Part shown: one piece after another, positions 39,891 through 52,479 of the stretch | Numbering within the stretch: the stretch's first letter is position 1 | How the letters are laid out: each line of letters opens with the position of its first letter | DNA from: Octopus vulgaris | Lineage: Eukaryota | NCBI GenBank assembly: GCA_951406725.2 | Contig: OX597815.1 | Coordinates: 138,694,001-138,758,000 of the forward strand | Length of the DNA: 64,000 bases | Reading direction: 5' to 3' | Made by a program: the position numbers and the translations under genes | The notes under the pieces: model-generated | What the model saw: only the letters and a program-made list of their open reading frames with translations | What the model was told of the DNA's origin: nothing | The model's database searches: none

Positions 39891-39948
39891 GATTGCCGTA
39901 CGTTGACAAGAGGCAAATACCTCGAAACTGTAGTCCGTGCGTATCACT
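39891..39948 (+). ncRNA. Type I hammerhead ribozyme, U3-A8 variant (copy 2)
   Basis: GAU UGC CGUACG UUGACAA GAGG CAAAUA CCUC GAAA C UGUA G UC CGUGCG U AUC; predicted cleavage after 39935. Confidence 0.82.
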
Positions 39949-40153
39949 TAGGTTTACGAGAGAGGGATGATCTCCCTTTGCAAATACCATAAGGGCACAG
40001 AAAGTGTGCCTAAAGCTAGCTGGAGACGATGATCTCCTGAGGCTAAAAGCTACAGTAACAGCCACCCTTAGTGGTTAGCCATATTGAGATGGCTAGTATA
40101 CTTTACCTTGTCGAGCGGTTACTGTTTACATCTCGTTCAGAGATTTATTATTG

Positions 40154-40226
<73 letters not shown>

Positions 40227-40879
40227 AAAATGAGGCAGTGAAATAGATATTGCTGTACTTTGAGAGCTTCGCTTTCTCAATAAAAGATACACTCACACAT
40301 ACATACATACATACACCCTGAGGTATTTCATATTAGTTCATTAACAGGCTTCTGAATAAATTGCTATTTTGTGAAAATCTTTCACCACACGACAGAAGAC
40401 TTTTTAGTATTTACCCGTTCTAGATAACGAACTATGGCTTAATATGAAAAACTGAAGCCTGCATTTTCATTATGATCTATGATCATTAAACGTCGGCAGG
40501 GGAAAGTAAAAATAGCTATATTGTCAATATGCTCAGAGTCAAAAAAATATAGCATCCTAAAAATCAAGTACAGATGTACTATTCAATTTGTCACATGTAC
40601 CGCAACACTGGGCAAGAAGTGAGCCATAGTTTTATTTGTAAATTCAAAATTCACGTTTCTGGTATCAGCTAAAGAAATTACAATAACCGTTTCCAGTCAC
40701 ATATGCAACTGCAATGCAATTACTAGCATTAATACCCGATCTTGTCCATTTCCTTAGAAAGGAAGTTTTAAATTGTGAAGTCTGCAGACGAGAGAGCAAA
40801 TGCATTTAGACATAAACGGTAATACATTTAGAAAATGCTATACATGATATAAATATTCCTTTAGACACTTAGATAAACA

Positions 40880-41856
40880 AGGCACCACATATGTATGACA
40901 ATCTATGAAAGAGCTTGCAGAAGATGGTTTGTGAAATTCAGAGCAGGAGATTTCAGCCTTGAAGCTGAGGCCGGAACAGAATCCAATTGAATTTGACCAC
41001 AAAATCCTTTTTGCAGAACTTGAAAAAGATCAAGCAGTTCCAGTTGAAGAATATTGACAAACAAGCCTCGTTCAAGCCATACAGCATCTTCAACAGCTTG
41101 AAAAGTTCCCAAAACAAGGAAAATGGGTGCCTCATGATTTGGCTGAAGCCAACCGCAAATCCTGAGTGGACATCTGCTTATCTCTTCGTTCTTGTGAACT
41201 CATCTCACTCATTTTGGACAGAGGGGTGACCGTTGCTGGAAAAAGGGCTTATCATCAGAATGTTAAGCGTCGTAGACAATGGTTTGGTGAATGGAAAAAG
41301 GCCCAACAACAACCGAGAACTCATGTGAAGGTTATTATCTCTGGTGAGATTGCAAAGATGTCATACACTTTGAATTGCTGCCAACCAGTGCAACAACCAA
41401 TGCTCGTAGCTACTGTCGACAATTGGAGCGTTTGAACGCTACTTTGAAGTAAAAATAGGAATCGAAAGAGAGTGATGATTCATCAGGACAATGTAAGATT
41501 CAACACCACAAAGATCACATCAAAGAAGATCGAGGAACTTGGCTGGGAGAAAATTGCACATACAACTTATTTCCCAGACCCTACTTCTTCAGATTACCAT
41601 TTGTTCCGTAGTTGACAGTATCATTAGGAAGGACAAAATCTCGAAATAACGGAAGAAGTCGAAACTGACCCTGCGAAGTTCTCTTAGAAACCGAAAGAAT
41701 TTTCACTAATGGGGTTAATAATCTTACGAGTAGATGGAAAGATGTCATAGATAATCATGGTAACTATATTTACGATTAAGTTTCACTAAAAAGTAAGATT
41801 CGATCACTTGTTTCTCTTTTTCAAAATCCGGGCCTTACTTATGGGATTACCTGATA
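40880..41856 (+). mobile_element. Mariner (DD34D) transposon remnant, 5'-truncated, right TIR retained
   Basis: ERACRRWFVKFRAGDFSLE, GKWVPHDL, IHQDNVR, YFPDPTSSDYHLFRS (YSPDLAPSDY-like). Ends ...cttatgggattacctga followed by TA. Confidence 0.88.
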
Positions 41857-42854
41857 GATGAATAATGCAATTATAATATTTAGAAGTCTGCGAATGAGAC
41901 CGGCATTCGTAATTGATTCGCATAACACTTAATCTCAACGTCATCTTTCGACTAGACTTTCCCCGTTTCACAGCCAGTTCTCTTTACGAGTGTTTGTCAA
42001 ACCACTCTTGATTTCTTTGCTTTCATGTCAGCAGAAAACAGTCTTTGCTAAAAATATCAAATATTTGCATAAATATCTTAGATTAAATATTGATTCGCTT
42101 TTATGACTAATACTTCAAACGCCGCAAAATTACATAGTTTTCTCCCCTGTTACCTTCTTATATATAGTGTCCCAACAGATGCAAAATTGTTAAATCCACA
42201 ATGTTTGTTCTTTCTGCGTCACACAAGTCGGAAATGTCATTAACATAACGTTGTGCATTGGCAATAATTTTTTGATATTTTTACCTACCATGCATATTAC
42301 CGATTTGATATAAAGGAAGAAAATATTTTTGTTGTTTGATAAAGCATCCTTCATTTGGAGTTTTTATATATTTTTCTCCAAATATCATATCCACTTAGGT
42401 GGATCTTAGCCGCTATAATTTTAAAATGTTCTATTAATTGTAAAAGTTACCCAGTTTTATCATTTATTAAGTGAAATTGAAAGCGGAAAATGTTCCACAT
42501 TTTGTTTCAAGAGCTCCGGAAAGTGTGAACGACTGTTGGTAATAGCAGTTTTGGAAGCCTATTGAAACGTAGTTTCCTTGGTTATATCGGACGATCGACT
42601 AGCACCACCATTTACTAGTAATTGTACTTTCTTCATATTCTTGTTCTGGTATTGCCCTGTGAAAATGAACTTGCTGCAAGCTTGGGTTGAGTGATAGGTC
42701 TAACGTTTAAGTTACTTGGGTTCTACATAGGAGTACGTAACTTACTGATATTCAACCATTAAATCATTACAGACATAAACTGAATGAGAGTTATTGATTT
42801 ATTAATTACTGCCGATTATCGAAAAAACTGTACTGTATTTTTTTTTATTTATAA

Positions 42855-43175
42855 CGCAGGAGTGGCTGTGTGGTAAAGTAGCTTACTTACCAACCACATG
42901 GTTCCGGAGTCAGTCCCACTGCGTGGCACTTTGGGCAAGTGACTTCTGCTATAGCCTCGGGCCGAAATCCACTCACAAAGCCTTGTGAGCAGTTTGGTAG
43001 ATGGAAACTGGGTGTGTTTACGTCTCCGTAACTTAGCGGTTCAGCAAAAGGGCCGAAAGAATAAGTACTAGGCTTACAAAGAATAAGTCCTGGGGACGAT
43101 TAGCTCGACTAATGGCGGTGCTCCGGCATGGCCGTAGTCAAATGACTGAAACAAGTAAAAGAGTAAAAGAGAGTA
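42855..43175 (+). mobile_element. Near full-length family B SINE
   Basis: cgcaggagtggctgtgtggtaa...ttgggcaagtg...gaataagtactaggcttacaaagaataagtcc...gactgaaacaagtaaaagagtaaaaga. Confidence 0.9.
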
Positions 43176-43370
43176 CAATGAATCCAAACAAATGAAAAAA
43201 ATATAAAAATCTTTCTTTTCTTTCTATGAAATTCAAATTTGACTCATGATCTAGAATACGAAGTTCAACTTAGCATATTATGAAAGCAACGAACAATTGA
43301 AACGACCCTGTTGCAGAATTTCCGTAGAATTAGATTAGACTACTACATTCTGGCAATTACACAATATCCG

Positions 43371-43415
<45 letters not shown>

Positions 43416-44594
43416 TACAATTTGTGTAACTTATGACATTTGATGTTCAATAAAGATTAACGTAATATGGGAATTTCTGTTCATACATACATTTTTTTTA
43501 CTAGTATTAATTTACTAATGCAAATATATATGCTGTGCATATATTTTCCATCTCTGATTGACGTTGAAATGTATTTACAAATTTGACAATATGAATAATC
43601 AGTTATAATTGGAAACATTTCATTGGGGAAACGTTCTTTTTGCGGACAACAGTAATTTTAGACATTTTGAATATAAATATCAACAAACAAACAAACTGAA
43701 CTATATCGGTAGATTGTTTTTTAAATACAAAACATAGCATAAGATTTCTTACGGTCGTTTCCGCTTCTATTGTTACTCGGTGTTTACGAATGAAATTCCG
43801 AAAATAAATCCGAAAATAATATTCGTTATCATCATAACACATCCGATCTATTACATGGAGCTTCATCAAAGTAAACGAAGGGAAGAGTTAATAGGAGAGA
43901 ACTGGACCTCAATAAGAGGCCAGAAGGCTCAATATATTAAAATAACACCATGTTGCAGCGTGGAGCGTTAAAGTCGATAGGTAAAAGAGTGAATTAGCAC
44001 TGGTCTAAGGAAATATTTACGGGTTATATCTATATAAAGGTGGAACCAGGGTGTTTGAATAGTAGTGAAATGAAGTTAGTACTAAAATAAGACAAGGGTT
44101 ACCAATATGTCTAGAAAGAGAATAGTATTTATTATATCGTAAATAAGGTTACTAAATATTTATCTAAAAACAAAACCGTTGGGCTCTTACAACGGAGTAC
44201 TTACTGAAATATTGTAGAGACCACCATCTGTTGTCTGCAATGAAATTGATCAAAGTCTCCCCGTCTCTACAACTGGTGAATTATATTTGAATCAAGGGCA
44301 TAAGTTAAGACCGTTACAGGGGATATGTAAATAAAGAAGAAAATTAACCAGTAAATAAAGAGTGCGGGGTGAGACTGTGGATATAAGTGGCACGTGGCCA
44401 TCTATGGCCTTCTGCAAACTTCTCAATATAACATAAATAAGAATAAAATAAATAGATAAAATACTATCAGTCAAACAGCTGATTTTATAGTTGAGAGGAG
44501 ACAACTAGTAAAAATGGTACATACGAATAGAATTACCTACAGAAAAAAATGCTGAATCTTACATCCTAGAAATCCAGTAAAATTCCAAGTGGTG

Positions 44595-45880
44595 GTAATA
44601 ATGGACGAACAAGTAAATGTGTACACGAACCTAAGAACATTCTGCCCCATAGGTATACGGAAGGGCAAAAGCACAAAACCACAAACATTTAAGCGATTAA
44701 AAATTAAAATAAAATCACAAACTCCATGTCCCAACACAGTTTACTAAATATTACTTAATATGTATTATATTATCATAAAAGTTACATTGAATATATTAAT
44801 AAATTTATTAATTATACTAACCCTTACGTGGGTGCAGCCATACTGGTTCTACCACCAAATTACACTTTCAATCATACATGGTAAAAAAAAAGTGTACTAA
44901 TACACCTACAATATGAACATAAACACTTACCAAGAACTCATCCACCGAGAAATCCTAAGAAATATAAAGTAGTCCCAACAAGAACCCTTAAAACAATTAA
45001 CTTAGAGATCAAGAAAATCCTGTTGGAGTATAATATAGATGATAGGACGGAACCGTTTTCACCGATTAGAGCTAGTATAATAGTTAAGGACCATAAGGAC
45101 AATTACTTAGGTAATACACAGATCAAAATAATTTGCCCCAAGAAATCTGATTTGGGTAAGCTTATTCAGGCAATCCTAGATAAGTATATACCTACCCTGA
45201 AGAAAAAGATTAAACTCGAGTTATGGGCAAACACCCAAAGCGCAATAGGATGGTTCTCTAACATAAAACATAAGGATAAACATAATTTTTTGCAAAATTG
45301 TTACTCCTCCATAAACCCCACTACTCTAAATAGCGCGCTCATTTTTGCTAAGAACTTTACTAGGATCAGTAGAAAAGAAATCAACATAATTCTCACGGCC
45401 CGTAAGCCTATTATTGAACTTCATAATAAACTGTGGGCTAGGAAGGGCACCCCTGATTTCTTTGATATAACTATAGGATCCCCTCATTAAGCAGAGGTGA
45501 CTGGCTTTGTGGGAATATACCTATTAGACAACATCAACAAAGAATTTCCTGAATTTGGGTGGGGTGGGGGGCTCTACAGGGATGACACACCTTTTTTTAA
45601 ATTTTGAATAGACACCTCTAATAGACGCCTTGAACTACTTAAGAAATGTCTGTATAAATCCTTTAATAGATTCAGCCTCTCTAAAATGAAAACTAGTTTA
45701 TCAACTACCTGGACGTTAATTGTAATTTAAATACAGGTTTACATAAACCTTACATGAAACCTAACTCTAATTTAAAGTATATTAACTATCAAAGTAACCA
45801 CCCACAATCAGTAAAAAGAGCTCTAATAAGTGGCATTAGCAAAAGAATTTCCTATCTCACTTCTAATGAGGACCTATATA
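44595..45880 (+). mobile_element. Decayed PLE RT of a second lineage (YRDD type)
   Basis: SIIVKDHKDNY...ICPKKSDLGK...LWANTQSAIGWF...FDITIGS...GLYRDD...NYLDV...KPYMKPNSNLKYINYQSNHP. Confidence 0.8.
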
Positions 45881-47019
45881 TAATATATATAATTTGAAAG
45901 TATCTTCTTTTCAGCTACTACTTATCATGTATCTAGTTCTCTGCACTTACTGGATACATCGTAAAAATATTATCACAAATGAAAATTTGAGAGTATACAA
46001 AGTTTGGTTTAGATTTAAACTAGTAATCCATCGGTGGGTATTAGAGCGAATACATTACCTTTATTCAATAGAATGATGAATGATTAAACTTAGACTTAGA
46101 TAAACTTAGATATGTTTCGACCAAAGATTGGTCCAGGCCATGTCTAACTTAATAGCACCACCTGATTAATATATCTTTATGATAAAAACCTTTTCTTTTA
46201 TTAATCAACTATATATTGGAGCGCATGTTCTTTACTTATTGAAATATATGTAAGAACCTTAATTCACGAGGGTAGTATCGAGGTAGTAGTATCATTACTT
46301 GAGAAACTAGCGATGTTAAATAACTTCAATTTAATTTTATTCAAGATTGGTATTTCAAATGACTGAAGCAATATTTGTATGTTTAGCGTTTCGTTATTAA
46401 ACGTAAAATATAATTGTGTGAATATTGTTTATCTACAGTTTGTATATTTGCCATTGAAAACTGTAGGTGTCTGTTAAATGATCAAGTATCGTGGAATTAT
46501 ATTTTCATCAGTGGCTGACAAGCCATCTTAAGTGTTAATAAACAAAACAGTTTGTCAAAATGATTAGAGATAAAGTGGAATGCAGCAAGCTTATATTTTT
46601 TATATGAATATTATTATCAAACAAGTAGTGTAAGAGTATTATTTCAGGGGCAAAGTTTTTTCCAAACAAAATAGTCATATATCAGAAACTATGCACAACA
46701 CTAAAAAATGACACATGGTGTGTGTGTCAGCATTGAAAGACACTTTATATCTCACTGACAGTCATTATAATTGGATGTCTAGTGATATCGATATCAGTTT
46801 TGAAATCTATCTTATTTGGTATATTTACATTTCAAGAAATGTAAATATACCAAACAACAGAGGTTCGAAATGTTGGCTAAATGGAATGAAGACTACACAA
46901 GTAAGTTGGTTTAGATAGAATGATGTTAAGAGGAATTTTTGTAAAGGAAGACGTAGATTAAAGTAGCAAGTTCAGTTTAAATTGCTGAAAACTGGAGATT
47001 TTTTTTCTCTTTAACTTAT

Positions 47020-47340
47020 AGAGAAACTGTCACGATCTCTTACTGCCTCCAGGGTCTCGTAATACAGAAAATTGTCACGATCTAATTCTGCCTATGCTGT
47101 TTCGTATGACAGAGATATGACTGGTTCTGCTAACGATTGGTATATGTCGAAGTACAGAAAACTCTCAAGTTCTAAAATGTCTTGTAGTATCTTATAAGCA
47201 AGAATATCAGTTATTATCATTAGCTACAATCTCTCGAAGCATTTCGGGTTCTATAAGCAGTTATGATATACTAGAGAACCAACTCTCAGTTACAACTTGT
47301 AAATGCAGTGTTTTAGAGGACAAGTGAACTGACATGACAG
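47020..47340 (+). repeat. Degenerate 45-bp minisatellite
   Basis: Units begin agagaaactgtc/agaaaattgtc/agagatatgac/agaaaactctc at ~47020, 47066, 47111 and 47156. Confidence 0.6.
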
Positions 47341-48380
47341 CCAGTTGCCATATTAAACTGTAAATGGATTATTTAAATAATTATCCAGAAATATGTTTAT
47401 TTCAGTCTTCATGCATCAGCTCTGTTGGACACTCATTGAATGCTTCAGACAGCCAAATAAGCTGTCATTAGTTATATTTTATGTTTGTTATATATTGGTC
47501 TCTTATTAACCGGTTTCCAAGCGTTGAATCATAAAATACACACACACTCATTTAGAAGGTGGGCTTCGCACAGTTTCCGTCTACCATATACATTCACAAT
47601 GCGTTGATAGTCTCAGGATTATAAAATTTCCCAGCGGTAATATGATTCAAGTTTGTTATAAGCCTCATGTATTTTGTGTCTTGATATATTTTCTATTTGA
47701 CTAATTTGAAAATTGTTTTTAGAATCAATTTACTTCTGCTGGTCAATTTCATAATGTGTGTACACAAAAATACCATTTTGGCATTGGCTTATATTATTCA
47801 GACTATACGAAAGTTGCAGAATATATGTTTATATGTAGGGATCTACGTTCACGTATGTCTGTGTATATATTCCCCACATATGTATATACAAGTATGTATT
47901 TATATAACTGGCTATGCTATATATCAATGCATATACACAGGCATACATGCACAGACACATAGCATACACACATACATACATGCATACATACATACATACA
48001 TACATACATACATACATACATACATACATACACACACACACATATATATATATATATAAATGTAGAGAGGGAGAGGGAGAGAGAGAGAGAAAGAGAGAAA
48101 GAGAGAGAGAGAAAGAGAGAGAGATTTATAATAGTATAGAATAACAATTATAGTTAAAGCCACAGATGGTGCCATGCTTATACGATGAAAAGAGACGCTA
48201 AATCGTCGAACAACTTTAAAACATCACTTTCATAAAACACACATGTTGGAAGAGTGGGTGTAGACCGACTGAAATTCATAAACCAGATAGTTTGGGATTG
48301 ATCAATTTCTGGATTAGTTTAATAACTCTTCCTTCGTCAGCAAAGCATATTGAGCGAAATAAATGAAACATTTATGCTTA

Positions 48381-48704
48381 CCCACAGAAAAGCAAACGCA
48401 AAGCTGCGATTACACACAAATAGCAATATATATACGCATCTAATTTCGTAGTATTTTATACTATTATAAATCTCTGTTTATGAATCTACCATCTTAGGTC
48501 TATTTTATATGCTGGCCACTGATTAAAATTTTTAATGATTTTATCCTTTATATTTGAATATTTTCCATTCAATTTGGGACAGTGTAGTCCCTCCTGTACT
48601 GTTCAGATCAAATACGCACGTGGTGAGGTGGACTACGAAATTGGATGCGTATATATCTGTGGTATTTGCATGTAATAGCAGCTTTGCGTTTGCGTTTCTG
48701 CGGG
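48381..48704. mobile_element. MITE-like element with ~72-bp terminal inverted repeats and TA TSD
   Basis: TA|CCCACAGAAAAGCAAACGCAAAGCTGC...TTTCGTAGT (48381-48452) is inverted at 48632-48704, ending ...CTGCGGG|TA. Confidence 0.75.
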
Positions 48705-49865
48705 TATTTAGGGAAAATTTTGCTCTACAAAAATGCACCGTCAAAAGAGGATGTGTAAATAGATTATCTACCAACACCGACGCTGAGCTGAGGTTTCAAG
48801 CAGATTTGAATCATGATTCACATGAAATTTGACGATGGTATTTTGCACCGAAGTATCATTTTGTGATATATTATTTATTCACAATGTATTTTCCAATTAA
48901 ATGAAAATCTCCTACAGCGTTTTGAAATACAGTATTCAAAATATTTAAAATATGTTTTAGATGTATAGTTTGTTGCTTGTATTTAGAGCTGCCATCTTGT
49001 TTTCCATTAAATCAAATTTAATGCAGATCTATGTTAAATTGGTGTGTGTGTGTGTGTGTGTGCGTGTGTGTGTGTGGAAACAATGATTCCCAATCAATAA
49101 AACATCAAATTGCTTAAAAGCATTCTCCCCAGAATTTTCTACACTGTATGTTAAACATCAGATGGAAATCTTTTACACCCGACAGAAGTGTATTAAACCG
49201 TTAACAGTTTGGCTCTGCCATCCGTTTCATTTGAAGCATCCCAAGCAATTATTTATAGCACAGTAGTTCCAAGCAAATGTTTCCAACACAAGCCAAAACT
49301 ACAGATCTCATGACTTCACAAAAGATAAGTTGCTGAACGTCAACACTCTAAGTTGGAACATCTCTCTCATCGGAGAGAGTGACGACCAGTGAATATGAAG
49401 ATTAGCTTGCAGACTGAAAATAGTGGAACTGCATATCAAACAGGTTGTTGATATTCTGTATAGGAGAGAAACCGAGAGGGGTTTCACTTGCACTATCTAT
49501 GCTCGTATTCCATGTGTATATGCGTCTTAACAAACAAGAGGATTCATACGGCGAGACAATTTCGGAATGTTTATATTCATACACCTCTTCTAGACCCATT
49601 AGAGTACTGTCACATTTTATTTCTAATAATGTGTCTCATCTGATCTCGGGCGAAAAGTTCACATTAGATGCATGCACAAGGTTGGGCTTGTTATTGATAC
49701 TCAAAATTCAGTAGTACCTTTATTTAAAATAACCGGAGTAAGTAGTTATCTGAGGGAATATGCCATAAAATCTATGAAGGAAGCAATGAGAAAGTGGTTA
49801 TGGTTGAAATTGAATTGATGACAACTATGCATACACACGCATATTAATATACATACATGCATGTA

Positions 49866-49969
<104 letters not shown>

Positions 49970-50090
49970 CATACGTATATATACATGGTTACAATTGTTA
50001 AAGAAGACAACAAGGTAGACATCTCAAGTGATATACGTTATTTTTATTGGAAGAAATTCAGTCTTATAGATGCTTCTGGTATATAGCATA

Positions 50091-50144
<54 letters not shown>

Positions 50145-50148
<4 letters not shown>

Positions 50149-50454
50149 GAAATGAAGAAAATGCTGACAAAATAATTTAAGTAAAGGAGAGTGTATTTAA
50201 TTAGGTGAGAGTTCTTTTTACCGGTTGCACATTTGTTATGCTTATCAAAAGATATTTTTTAAGAGAGATAGAGTTCCTTTCTGATAGATTTTTTCTATAA
50301 GAGAAAAAATCTATCAGACAGGAATTCTATCTCTCTTAAAAATATATCTTTTGATAAGCATGACAAATGCGCAACCGGTAAAAAGAACTTTCACCTAATT
50401 AAATACACTCTCCCTTACTTAAATTATTTTGTCAGCATTTTCTTCATTTCCTTT
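50145..50454. repeat. 310-bp foldback palindrome derived from a PLE pLTR-like sequence
   Basis: Arms 50145-50296 and 50302-50454 are near-perfect reverse complements around a 5-nt spacer; each arm carries a hammerhead-like remnant. Confidence 0.9.
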
Positions 50455-50493
50455 TTTTATATATCACAACTCGTGTTCCACATCTACCTTTTT

Positions 50494-50560
<67 letters not shown>

Positions 50561-50574
50561 GTATATATATATAT

Positions 50575-52210
50575 AGGGAAAAGTAGGAAAAAAATAAGCG
50601 AAAATGCACATTGGAAATCAAAAGTAAAGTCTTTTTTATGAAAAGTAATGATAAATATATAAACAATTAGATGAACTGAGGTAGGAATAAAATTAATAAA
50701 AGTCATTACTGAGAATTATTAAAGAGATTTAAAAGCATACCCGTTTCGTGAATCATTGCTTTGAATGCACTTCGATTAATGAACGGTCTCAGGTCTACTA
50801 GTCCCTGAGTAAAAAGATTGTGTAAGGGAGGTAAGTAGTTCTGGATTTGGTGCAATTAGGGTTGATATAGATCTTTAATGTGAATGGTGTATGGGATGTA
50901 TGGGTGTTAGTGGAATTCATTGAAAGGTTAGTAGTGTTCTGTATTATGTTATGTGTTCATATTGAGTTGTGGAAGATATTTATTGATGAAAGTTGCCTCT
51001 TTATTCCAAAGTTTCTCCAAGTTTATGCATTAATGTTCCTCACTCTACCGACCTCAAACTGAGACCCATCATTGCTGGCCCTATTTGTGAAACCAACCGT
51101 TTGAGCAACTTCCTCGACATCTTACTCAAACCGTTTCTAACATATGTGAAAAGCTTCATCAGGGATGACTTACAGATGCTGAACCAATTCACGAAGACAG
51201 TAAATGAAGGAACACGGTTAGTATCATTCGATGTGGTGAATTTGTACGCCAATATCCCACACGACTATGGTATAGAAGCGATCACCTTATGGCTAGAAAA
51301 ATATCCAGAAGAGATCCCAGGACGCATTAACCACAGATTCATAATCGCAGCACTCAAATTCATCCAACTGAATATCTATTTCATGTTCGATACAGTTTAC
51401 CATCGACAAAAATGTGGAATTGCAATGGGAACCCAAGCTGCTCAAGTGATAGCGAACCTTGTAATGGGTTACTTAGAGCTTAAGTTATATCAATCATCAC
51501 TACAAAAATATGGCACCTCATTTCATTGCTATTTAAAGGAGAACTGGATGATGTATTTGGACGATTGTTTCATACTTTGGAAAGACAGCATGGACAAACT
51601 CCTCGATTTCAAAAGTAATATTTAACAATATTAATAGCAACATACAATTCATCATGGAGCACAGTAGTGAACAATTCCCTTTTCTTGACATCCTAATTAA
51701 AATAGTCAATAACCACATAGAAACAGATAACTTTTATAAACTCATAGATTCTAAACAATACCTATTTTTTAACTCATGCCACCACAAACACATAAAAATT
51801 AATATACCTTATAATCTAGCGAAAAGAACATGTACCATAGTTTCGGACACCTATACTCGTGTACGAAAACTCCTCGAACTCAGATCAATACTAATCAAAA
51901 GATATTACCCAATATCATTAATAAATGATGGCATTAAACGAGCTATGGAAATAGATATACGAACATTAATTGAAATCAACCGAAATACCAAACCAGACTT
52001 AAAAATATTCCCGTACATCCCCACTCATAACCCTAGAAACAACGAAGCCTTCAGCATTATCACCCAATATCATCCCATTCTCACAAGAGACAAAACAATG
52101 AACAAAATTTTTAGCTCACACAAAATTATCAAAAGCAAAATTCAATCTAAATCATTGAAAAAAATATTAACCAGTCCTTATGTTTACAAGGGGGAGACAA
52201 GCACCTCCTC
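50575..52210. mobile_element. Penelope-like element with inversion: 3' end on minus (50575-50992), RT on plus (50993-52210)
   Basis: Plus: LRPIIAGPICETNRLSNFLD, SFDVVNLYANIPH, CGIAMGT, WMMYLDDCFILW, FLDILI. Minus from ~50990: FINKYLPQLNMNT* (PLE C-terminus), then UTR into (TA)n. Confidence 0.88.
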
Positions 52211-52224
52211 CCAGCTAAGCTTGA

Positions 52225-52268
52225 AATCAGAGACTAGTTTCTGAGTCTTTGCTCGTCATCAGTATGGA
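52225..52268 (-). ncRNA. Decayed type I hammerhead ribozyme with canonical core
   Basis: UCCAUA CUGAUGA CGAG CAAAGA CUCA GAAA C UA G UC UCUGAU: intact core and palindromic ACUAGU stem III, but mismatches in stem I and the first pair of stem II. Confidence 0.6.
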
Positions 52269-52376
52269 CACAGGAAATATGTTAAGGCCGACAGGAAGCG
52301 TTGATGCTTCCTAGGGCTAAATAGCAGTTGTGTGATTCCCTTCGTGGGACTGTCACATTAAGTTGACAGTATACAG

Positions 52377-52479
<103 letters not shown>

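Larger units (their letters stand above)
39445..40155. mobile_element. Retrozyme-like non-coding element: 357-nt monomer, 1.25 direct copies plus an inverted partial copy
   Basis: aacgtaaagtatactagcca at 39445 and 39802 (period 357). 39891-40155 is the reverse complement of monomer sequence that spans the monomer junction. Contains hammerheads and sits in a (TA)n tract. Confidence 0.8.

Noticed and set aside
47020-47340. 45-bp periodicity (and the ~36-bp repeat at 58300-59900) as a CRISPR array or repeat protein
   Set aside because: Whole units are degenerate copies with no repeat-spacer structure, no cas genes, no maintained ORF, and the context is eukaryotic
49250-49740. Possible LINE 3' end on the minus strand (SLLYRISTTCLICSS)
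   Set aside because: Too decayed to support a clade or boundaries
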